Positions 9,458 to 19,900 of a stretch of 64,000 bases of DNA are shown here, one piece after another. Below the pieces are notes generated by a model. It had not been told where the DNA came from. It saw only the letters and a program-made list of their open reading frames with translations, and did no database searches. The stretch comes from a virus. The stretch is from the IMG/VR virus record IMGVR_UViG_3300032311_001250, positions 1-64,000 of that record; one strand, given 5' to 3'. How positions within the stretch are numbered: position 1 is the first letter of the stretch; each line of letters starts with the position of its first letter. The position numbers were made by a program, and so were the translations under genes.

Positions 9458-10321
9458 ATGTTCACTCTCGGAAGTGGTCGTCTGAAGCTCGGTACGTGGC
9501 TCAACGGCGGCCTGTATACACAGGTGTCCGGCGTGTCCGTGACCCCCTCTACTGCTAGTGGTTCCGTTCCGGCTGGCACGTACTATGTGCGTGTCGCCGG
9601 GAAGAACTCCGCTGGCGTTGCAACGCCTTCGGAGACGTATATCGTCGTCCTGAGCGCAACCGGTAAGCTTGATGTGTCCTGGACCGCCCTTACTGGCGCA
9701 ACCTCCGGATACGACGTCTACGTCGGCACGGTCGACGGCTACGACTGGAAGCAGGGCTCAGTGAGCTCTGGCACAACGACACTCAGCGTTACTTCACTGG
9801 CCGATCCGGCCGGTGCCGACCTCGCCCGCTACAAAGGACTACTTGACATCGGTGAAATTGGTGGAGACGTTGAGTTTGACATTACGTTCCAGGAACGTGA
9901 ATTCTTTGGCCAATATAACTTCCCGATTGCCAAGGCTCACTTCGGTGGCAAGTCAAACATTCGCGTTCGCGGCATTGAGCTTGACCCAATGCGTTTCCAG
10001 CGAATCTTTAGCGTTACCGGTGGAAGCAATGCAAGCACAAGCATTTATCCTGGTACTCTAAATTACAAGGAAACCATTAACTTCGGCACTGCTGCTGTCA
10101 ATCCTCTTGACCTGTCAATGCTCCGCAACCGCCCGGTTCGCGCCGTTTTTACTCATACCCGCTCTGACGACCCGTCGAAGACGGTGGCGATCACGGCCTA
10201 CAAGGCGTGCATTTACCAGCACAACATCCCATTCACGCGCGAGGACATCATCAAGGTTGATCTTGAGCTCAACCTGCAGTATGATTCCAGCACGGCGCAG
10301 ATTGTGTCGATTGCAGCCTAA
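9458..10321 (+). CDS. Tail tube protein 2 (paralog with an FN3-like insertion)
   Basis: Shares GEIGGDVEFDIxFQEREF.GQ.NFPIAKA.FGGK and H.RSDDPSK...PFTREDI with tube 1; insert GTYYVRVAG...VSWTALTGATSGYDVYVG. Confidence 0.75.
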   Translation: MFTLGSGRLKLGTWLNGGLYTQVSGVSVTPSTASGSVPAGTYYVRVAGKNSAGVATPSETYIVVLSATGKLDVSWTALTGATSGYDVYVGTVDGYDWKQGSVSSGTTTLSVTSLADPAGADLARYKGLLDIGEIGGDVEFDITFQEREFFGQYNFPIAKAHFGGKSNIRVRGIELDPMRFQRIFSVTGGSNASTSIYPGTLNYKETINFGTAAVNPLDLSMLRNRPVRAVFTHTRSDDPSKTVAITAYKACIYQHNIPFTREDIIKVDLELNLQYDSSTAQIVSIAA

Positions 10322-10367
10322 TTAACAGGTTGTAGCTGGTAGGCCCCACAGGGGGCAAGGAGTTCAC

Positions 10368-10655
10368 ATGGCGAACCTTAATGAGGTGCGCGCTGCGCGC
10401 GTACTCAACCTCAATGATCTCGCTGACATTGAGGAGAAGTTTGGTGGCCTTGACAAGGTTGACCTGACACGTTTCACTGTCCTTCGCTACATTCTTTGGC
10501 TTGTCCTTCGTAAGGATGATCCCAAGGTCGATGAGCGCGCGGTTGGCGAGCGATTCTCGCTTGACACCATGCGCGAAGAGATCGATAAGGTGCTCCGTTC
10601 AAGCGGCCTCATTGGCAACGGTGAAGAGGGCATCGAGGGAAAAGCGGAGGCGTAA
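10368..10655 (+). CDS. Tail assembly chaperone (gpG-like)
   Basis: Lies between the tube genes and the TMP; slippery GGGAAAA near the 3' end. Confidence 0.8.
   Translation: MANLNEVRAARVLNLNDLADIEEKFGGLDKVDLTRFTVLRYILWLVLRKDDPKVDERAVGERFSLDTMREEIDKVLRSSGLIGNGEEGIEGKAEA
10637..10643 (+). other. Programmed -1 frameshift slippery site G GGA AAA
   Basis: XXXYYYZ heptamer in the correct phase; the -1 frame reads GKSGGVSWSEIDWGSI-MASYADAF without a stop into ORF 10685..10942. Confidence 0.85.
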
Positions 10656-10942
10656 GCTGGTCTGAGATCGACTGGGGGTCGATCATGGCGTCTTACGCAG
10701 ATGCCTTTGGTTATACCCCAAGCGATTTCATGCAACTCACGCTACCCCAGCTAAACGCATTCGCAAGATACATCGAACAGCGTGATAAGGAGATGAAGGA
10801 GGGTTCGTCCTCATCTTCATCTTCGAAGAGCTCTAAGAACCGAGCGAAGTTTGCCGAAGGTAGCAAGGGAATGAGCAACATCGGCTCACTTGAGCAGATG
10901 ATTTCCGTGTTCGGCAGGCCCGGTGGGCAGTCCGGCGGATGA
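10637..10942 (+). CDS. Tail assembly chaperone gpT part (frameshift product gpGT)
   Basis: FGYTPSDFMQLTLPQL motif typical of gpT; reached by the -1 frameshift. Confidence 0.8.
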   Translation, partial: GKSGGVSWSEIDWGSIMASYADAFGYTPSDFMQLTLPQLNAFARYIEQRDKEMKEGSSSSSSSKSSKNRAKFAEGSKGMSNIGSLEQMISVFGRPGGQSGG

Positions 10943-10955
10943 GTGGGGGTTTTGA

Positions 10956-13900
10956 GTGGCTGAGGGTCAGGGCGGGAATGTCGCAAGCGTAGGTCTATCT
11001 CTAGACTCGTCTGCGTTTAATTCTGGCGTAGCCCGCGCCCTTGCAGACATTTCCCGACTCCTCACCGGACTGCGCGAGCTTCAGGCTGCCAGCCAGAAAA
11101 CCAACCTCGGCCAACTCGGCGCTACTGGACGATCCGGAGCGGCTTCTGGCGCTTTTACCCCCGCAACATTTGCACGCGATATTCGTCGCCTTGCTATTCC
11201 GGCAATCCGTCAGCTTGATCGCGCCGCCTCCACGTCTCCGCTACTTACCGGAAGAATGGCTCGCGGTGCCGGGTTTGACCCTGCTGCCATGGCAGCGGCA
11301 ATCAATCGCCAGACAATTCCCGCAATCCAACGCCTCAACCGAACTATGGGGAGCTTCCGCGACTCCGACTTCATGAAGGAGTTTGAGGCTGGTCGAGCCG
11401 CCAGGGAGCGCGCTCACCGAGCAATGCTGGAGCGTGAGTCCAGGATTACGCAGGAAATTGCCAAGGGAACCACTAAGCGATTGGAGCGCGAGCAGGCGCG
11501 CATGATCCAGGCGCAGCAGGCTGAAAACCGCCGAGCGGCAGATCCAAACACCCAAGGCTCTCGACAGCTTCGTGCCGCAATTGAAATGCGCCGTCAACTT
11601 GCGGAGCAAAAGCGTTACGTTGAGGCGCACCCAACCCCAACGCAGACCCGCTATGCCGGAGGCGGAAGGGGCGGTGGCAGCCGTGAGGGTCGATGGGGTG
11701 ACGTTGCCGACCTGAAAGGCATTCCAAAGGACTGGCGCAAAGTCCTTATGCAGCTTGAGCAGCAGGGGTGGAGGATTGAGCCACGAAGTGGGGGCCATCC
11801 AGTTGCATACCCGACAAGCAAGCAATATAAGCCCATTACGTTCCCGAGCACGCCATCAGACCATCGTGACCTTCTAAACTTTATCTCGAAGGCACGACGA
11901 TCTGGCGGGGTTATCAATGGTCGTGGGTACCGAGATGAGGCCGGTCCATTTGTTGAGCGACAGCGTGGATTCTATGAAGACCCGTCAACCAAGAAACCGA
12001 CGCTTCGCGCCAACTATCGAATGGCTGCCCTTGAGGAACTTGTAACCTCTAACCTACCGAGCTATCCGCCGGTCATGCAACCGCGCCCTCGCGGCGTGTC
12101 TGGTGTCTCTGCGGCCGATCCTAACTCCCGGCAGCAAATTGAAAGAATGATCAAGGGCTTTGAGCGCGGCAAAGTGTTTGCCCCAAGCGCTAACCTTGAG
12201 GAAGGCCTCATTGCCACCGTGGCAAATGCTGCTGGACAGCAGTTCGTCGCATCCGGTAATGCCCGAACCATGGCGCTTCAAGCCATTGCAAAGCAAGGAA
12301 CTCCGCTTCGCAACGCCATTAGCGGCTTTAGCATGGAGTACCTAAAATCAAATCCAACAGAGTTTGGCCAGGGCGAGGTTGCCGCACTTAAAAAGGCTGG
12401 AGCATCTATTGCAAGGTCCGGCAAAACGCCAGTGCTCATCCGCGAGATTGCCGGTGGCGTAGAAGGCCTTGCTCCGCAGCGCCTTGGCCAGCTCGGTCTG
12501 CAACTCAATGCTCGAACCGGTCTTTCTGAGAGCGAGATCGCCATTGCTGCGTCGCGCATGCTTTCTAAGGTCCCGGCAGAGGTGCTTGCCGGAGATCCTC
12601 GTAAGATTGTCGCCGCAGGAAAGGGGCCAGCATATGAGGCCCTAAAGAGCGCCCTTTCTTCGGAAGTGCTCGGTGAGCATGTTATGGGGACAAGGTACAA
12701 GGGTGCCAGCGGTGGTGTTGCATTTAAGGGCATGATGGAGCAGATGCTGTATGCACGCGCGTACGGCAATAACCCGGCAACCGCCCAAATGCTCACCGCA
12801 GCGTTCTCCGGAGAGCCCTCAGAGATGAGTTCCTCTGTCAGGGCTGCACTTGGTCGTAGCCTTGGACCACAACTACGTCTCCGCGAACGAATCAATGCTG
12901 GAGAAGTTCCGGCAGGCATGGATCCAATCTTCAACTCGCTTCCTGGAGCATTGCAACTTATGCAAAGGGCACTCGGGACCGGCGGGCAGGGGCCAGGGTG
13001 GATTACCAACCCAGAAACACTTCGTGGAAACCCTGCCGGAGCGTTGCGTGCATTGCTTTCGCAGAAAACTATGTTTGGAGATCCGACTACAGCAATTGAG
13101 CGTCGTCTTGCCGCAAACATGCTTGCTGTCGGGCCTCAGGGTTTGTCTCCGTTCCTTTCCTCACTCGGCATGTACGGCTCCCGGGCAGAAGGTGCCCAGA
13201 TGGGCATGTTCGGCGCGTCTGAGGGTGGCCTGCTGCAAGCAACTAGCAACCCACGTCAGGCTATTGCACTGGCCCAGAAGGCAGCCGCACAATACCAAGA
13301 AGCACTAAAGACCGATCCGGCCCTGAAGGGCACCGGAAAGGCGGCCGTTACCGCCAGAGAGGCAGTGCTAACCTCCATTGTTGAGGGCGTCTATTCTGGC
13401 ATGCCTGCTCAAGCTGCGGCTGTGGCGCAGAAGGTGGCAACAAGCAGCCCACAGGCTGCTGCTGTCGGCCAAGAAATTGTGCAGGGGACCGCTGCGGCTG
13501 TCACTCAGGCTGCGGTAAATCCAAAGAGGAAGAAATTCACGTTTAAGCTTTCCGAGGAGGAGCAGGCTGCGTTCCTCAGTAAGCTTCGTGGACCAGTGGT
13601 TGCCCCCGCCTCACAGGGCGGCGGATATCAAATGTTCCCACCAGAAGAGCCAAGAACTGGGCTGCGCAGGCCAAATGCCCAGCGCATGACAGAGCTTGGT
13701 GGATACGGTATTTCTCCACGGGAAATCGGTGTTGCTGAGGGCAGCGTAAAGGCCCGTGCTGGTGGGTATCTGCCGTATAGCGAGTCTAGCCCACAGCGGC
13801 AAATGCAATACAACAATCGGCTTACACGCGGCTATGCAACGTTGATGGGTGAAATCGAGGGTCACCTCGCTCAACCAGGACCAAAGTCTACCGCCGCGCT

Positions 13901-16900
13901 TGCAGCAAAAATTCCAGAGGTTGAACGTCTATACAAGGTTGCTATGGAGCGTGGCGGCCTTGGCATGGACCCAATGAACGCCCATGCAGAAGTGGTTGCC
14001 AAGGCTCGAGCAATCCTTGGACCCGTAGCCATCCCGCAGTCAGAGCCCCAGCGGCCACCAATTGTTACCGCAACGCCGGTACCGACGACACCCGAAGGAA
14101 TTCCTTACATCAAGGTTCCAACTAGCGGAGAGTTGACTGAGGCCCAGATAAAAGCTGTCCAGGAGGGCCGAGCAAAGCTCTTAATGCCGCCTCCTCCACC
14201 TCGGCAAAAGACCGGAAGGAGCATTGGCGGTCCTATCCCGCCAACCAATGAGGGTTTGGCATCGCTCCTTGGCATTGGTCCGGCGCTGCAACTTGGTGCC
14301 GGATATCGTCCGTATCCTGGCGATCCAATGCTTGCCGCCCTTACGCGCGCTCAAGTAGAGCGACGCGCCCTCGCTCTGTCTCGTGGGCAGGTTGAGGGTC
14401 CCCTTATCGGGGCAAATCGTGGCGGCCTTGATCCGGTAACCGGTGCGTTTACTGTCAATCCGAAGATTCCAGAAGTCACCAGGATGCAAGGCGGAATGCT
14501 TCGTGCGCTTCTTACTAGCGAATCGCTGAGCGCAGCTGAAAAGGCACGACAGATCTCCCTTCTCAGCGGAAGCATTCCCGGCATGCGAGGGGTTCCAACG
14601 AGTATCCCAGAGGGCCAGTGGCAGAAGCTTGGGAGCGGGTCATATCGCGGACCAAAAGACCTCAAGCCAGTGTACGAGTCGCTCAAGCCGCTTATTGAGC
14701 AGTATGGTGCCGCTCGAACTATGGGCTACGTTGAACTTGCCAGGGGCTCTTCGCAAGGTTACGGGTATTGGGATCCAAAGAATAAAGGCCTGAATCTTTC
14801 TGGGCTTGAGGGACGAAGCTCTGGTGCAATCATGCGAACGTTGGTGCACGAGCTTGCGCATGGATCATTTGGCGAGGCAATGAGGACCGGCTACAAGCAG
14901 CCTGGTCAGGTTCAGATTTATGGCCCCAAGGGTGAAAGCATGGGCATGGCGCCGCATGGCGCTGCCTCTGCGCTTCTTGCCGGAGAGCCAACGAGAGTCG
15001 GCCACCTTGATCCAAAGTTCTACGAGATGCAGGCAAGGATTCTTAAGTCCGAGGGCGGGCTTTTCTCATCGTTGCTGTTCCATAACTTTGCGCAGGGTGG
15101 GTCGCTCCCAGGTGGGCTTGGGTTGCAGGGCACAGGCCCAGAATATGGTATTGGAAAGCTCGCCGCTCAACTGACTCCACAGCTAGAAAAACTTGCCTCG
15201 CCTCAGCAGCTTCTAGCCGCTCAGGCATTTACAAAGACTATGAACACCTTGGTAGGTGGTATTGAAGGATTTGCTAAGGGCAGGGGCAACCTCGAGCAGA
15301 CCAGCAACGGCATCGCAAAGGCGTTCAGAACGCTTGGAGAATCGTCCTCTGAATTCAAGCCAGAGTTTTTGCTCGGCGGTGCCGCCCGGCTATCCAACTT
15401 CATCCGGCAAAATGGCCAAGAAGGCCTGGCAAAGATGGCCCCAGAGCAGTTGCGTGCAGGAATCGTCAACTCCATCCTGTCTACCACGACCGGCGCACTC
15501 GGTCCGGGTCGGTTGCTGGGGCCAATGTCGCAGGTCAGTGGTGTTCATGGGCAGATCTCAGAGTTCCTCAAAAATGCCAGCGAAATGGAGAAGGGCTACC
15601 TGGCCATGGCGATCAACCCGCAGGCCTTTGTTAAGGAGCCCGGGGCAAAGCCATTCTACCAGCGTGGAGATGTAGATCATCTACAGAAGGCTCAGGAAAT
15701 CCTCTCAAACGTTGCGCAGGAGGCAGAACGCGCTGCAAGCGTCATCCCAGCAGCAACAAATGTTGCCGTTACGCGACGTGCCGGAATGCAGCTTCCTGTT
15801 ATCAATCGAGGACGCATGCTTCCGGCAGAACACTCGGTTGTTGTTTCCGGGCAGCGCTATGGGGCCGGTGGTGGTCAGTTTGTAGAAACAACTAATAGCG
15901 CCGGAGAGACTGTTCGGCAATTTGTTCCTGCTCAGCGCCTCCCAGAGGTAACCCCTGTACAGGGACCTATGTCTGGCTCCGGAGCCCTTGTCGTCTACGA
16001 CCCCCGCGTTGCTGCTCAATACGAGCAGAATAATCCACGCTTTGCCGGAAGGCCATATGGCGGTCGAGCAGAGACTCAACGCTTTACTCCGAATGCTGCT
16101 CTTCTCAACGAGGCATACATGCGCACGCTCAGCTACGGAGGACAGGGCTTCTTCGGTCGTGTAGGGTACGAGCGCCTGACAATGCCGGCACAAGAAATTG
16201 CAAGCCGGTACGCCGGATTCCGTGGCGCTGTTGGTCAGGCCGCATACAACAGCCCCCTCAGCCCAATTGGCGGCATGATGAGCCAGTTCCGACAGGCAAC
16301 AGGAACATATGCCGAGGCCGAAATGGGAAAGCAGCAGCTTCGCGCGGCGGCCCGCCAGCAATATCAAGGTCAAGTTGCCCAGGCTGATGCATTTGCCAAT
16401 GCCCAGACTCGATTGAATCGTGTTCTCGGTACTGGCACCGTAAACTTCCGAGAGCTTGGCAAGGTAATGAGCGAGGTCGGAAACGGCTTTACTTCTGGAG
16501 CTCTTTCTTCGCTGAGGTTCGCTGCAAACCTTGCCATTGGACAGCAGGCAGTGTTTGCGTTCGTCGGAATGATCAACCACCTCCGTGGCGGTATTATCGA
16601 GTTCAACGCAAAACTTGAGGCCGCTGCCGTAGGGTTTAACACACTCTTCCGAAACGCTGGATATACCGTCGAAGATGCGAGCGAGAAGACCAAGGCATTC
16701 ATTGGCGTTCTTCGTGACTTTGCCAACGTAACAAACTTCCGATTCGGCGACCTTGAGACCGCAGCCCTCCGCATGAAGGCATTCGGTTTCGAGGTGGATA
16801 ACGTTACCGCTGCCGCAAAGAACCAGATGCCAATCCTTGAGGAAATTCCTAATCCGTGGGCAAAACTGACCGGAGAGGCTAAGAGCTTCCGTGGCGCCCT

Positions 16901-19900
16901 CGTCAACATCGGCGATGCAGTTGCGGCACTCGGCGCAGAAGACGATAAACTCCGCCGTGTCACGTACGCCCTTGGCCAGATGAACTCAGCTGGTCGTGTC
17001 TATCAAAACGACATGATGCAGCTGGCAAACGCTGGTATTGCCGGATATGACATTCTTGCTAAGGCAGTTAAGAAGCAACTCGAGAATGACCCAGAGCTCA
17101 TGCGCGCAAATAAGGCCATCTATAACAAGTTGCTAAACCCAAGAACTGCCGTAGAGGAGATCCGCAAACTTGCCCGCGTTGGACGACTCGTTGGACCAGA
17201 GGCCGTGCAGGCCATTCTCCAGGGCCTTGGGCAGCAGTACGGCGGCGGCATGAAGGCGTTCTCCCGTACCTTCCAAGGAGCCATGACAACTCTTGCGGAT
17301 ACGTCGCAATCCCTTATTGCTACCGCGTTCAAGCCACTCTTCGATGTCACCCGAGATCTTGTCGTTCAGCTTGCCGACGCCTTCCAAACATCTGAGTGGA
17401 CGGGCAAGGCGGATAATGCCGCCAAGGTCATTCAGAAGGTTGCGGAAGCGCTCAGGTCAATGATCCCTGGAACGGCAGACACGATTATGAAGGTCCTTGG
17501 TAGCTTCTTTGAAACCTTTGCAAAACTTGGAAGCTCCCTTGGCAGTACCACAAATGGCTTGGGTAGCTTTGTTAATAACTTTGCTGCAGGAGTAAAGACC
17601 ATTGGAGATCTTCTTCAAAACAGCGTGATCCGCAACCTTTTGGTGGCCGGCGTTACCGCAAAACTCGTTATGGGAACAATTGCTTCCAACCCTCTCCTGG
17701 CAACCATTGGACTCATTGTGTCTTCCATTGGGGCAATCAGTAAGGCTATTGAGACAAACGCCTTTGGCTTTGGCGACCTTGCGGCAAAGGTGCAACCTGA
17801 ATTTGACAAGATCCTTGCAAATATCAGCGGAAACTTCATCCCGGGAGTAACGAGCGGCCTCTCCGACGGCCTGGGCGCGTTCTTTGCCATCATGGGGGCC
17901 TTCATCCGCGCAGTCACTCCGCTATTGGTCGCAATCCTGGACATCATTAGTAACGTTGGGTCTGCTATCAAGCCATTTGCCAGCGTTCTTGGCGTTGCGC
18001 TTGCGGCATTTGTTGGCAAGAAAGTCCTGATCGACGGCATGGCTGCCGCCATGGGTAAGTTTGCCGCCGCAACTGGCGCTGCCGTCGGCAGGGTCACATC
18101 GCTTAAGGAAAAGATGGCGCTGTATCAGGCGTTTGGAACCACCGGAAGGTACTACGGTGGCGACAAGCTAATGGCGATGCAAACTATGCAGCTGGCCAAT
18201 GGTCAAAGTCGAGCAGTTCTTGCCCCTGCCGAGCAGGGTGGAATTGGTATCGGCGGACCGACTGCCGTTCGCGCAGCCCTTGCCCTGGCGAATCAATTTG
18301 CCCTCCTGCAGACCGGAGCCCCACTCCAGACTGCCGGAGTCGTTCCGCCGCAAACGGTCCTTGACAAAAAGACCGGCCGCCAGGTCGCCAACCCAATGTA
18401 TCAACAGTTCCTTAATACCGCCGCATTTAATCCGCAGACAACTCTGGCCCAGTATCAAGCAATTCGCGGCGCACGAAAAGAAGAAATTATGCAGGAGTTG
18501 GCAATTCGAAGGAACAAGTCGCTGACCCCAGAACAGCGCCAGGCTGCTCTAGCAAATGTGTCAACTGCCGGACGCCAGGCATATCGACAATTCCGTGCAG
18601 ATACCGGAGGAGCTGGTTCTTCAAGCATGAAGGCCCTTGAGGCGTCATTTGCCTCAATGAGCCAGGGGATGATTGCCCAGCTCGGTCAGTTTATGGCCAA
18701 GATTCGATCCACTGGCCTCAGCTTGGAAACACTAAAGACTATTGCCAAGGCGGTTGGATCCCGACTTGCTGGCATGGCAACTGCTGCCATGGGCATGGGC
18801 ATGCTCTTTAGCGCTATCGGCGGAGCTTTGAATGTTAAGGAGCTTCAAGCAGTTGGAGATACGCTCACAACGATTGGGTTTGCAACAACAGGTTTGACCA
18901 TGATGTTTAACGCCTTGACTGTAGCTGTTGGCGCTGCCGCGCTGCCGCTTATGGCGCTTATGCTTGCAATTGGCGGCCTTATCGCGTTCATCAGTGCCAG
19001 CACAACTACCGAGCAGGATAAGAAAGGCGCAAAGCAAGTAAGCGAGATTATGGATCTCCGTGATCAGATGGTTGCAATGTACGGAGAGGAAGAGGCAAAG
19101 CGCAGGTTCCCGGACTACTTCCCAGAAAATCTTACGTTGCCGGAGAAAAAGTTGCGCATGGCCCTTCCCGGTGAAACCCCAGACTCTTATGATTGGATTA
19201 ACAATATCGCATTGAAACTTGATTATGACCCAAAGGATCTTGCCGCTGTCCGAAGTCAGTTCGGATTTACCGATGAGGATTTTGCAAAGACAAAAGCCTA
19301 TTTTGAGATGATGAATACCGATACCGGTCGAATTCTCTCCTTGTTCCAGGAAGGAAAAACGGCCGAGCAGATTGCTGAGATTACCGGTCTACCAATTGAT
19401 CGAATCAAGTTGCAGCTAAAGGAATTCTACGAGACAACTGGTTCTGACAATAAGGACTTTATTGCCAAGGTGCTTAGCGATAGCCTTGATGCAACCGGCG
19501 CTGCCCTGAAAGAAGCGCAGGAGGCTTACGAAAAGGCAATGGAGCCGTTCCAGAAGAACCTTAGCCGCCTGACTTCTCGAACCCAGGAAGTCATGCAGGC
19601 GCTCTTTGAGAGCGAGAAGAAGGCCCTGGAAGATGAGAAGAAGGCTGCGCTAGAAAATACGTTGGTAATGTACAACGGCGAGCAGGTCCGACTTGGCGTG
19701 CTGCAGCAGCAATATGATGCCATGAAGCTTCAGCGCGAAGAAATGGACCGCATGGCCGAACTTGAGAAACAGCGCACAGCTGCCGCAGAGGCCGCGCTCA
19801 ATATCTTTGACGCCAGTGTTGATCCGCTTGAGCGAGCTCGAGCGGCTCGAGAGTCCGCTCGAGATCTTTTCAATCAAGTTGGAACGTCAAGGCTTGACGA

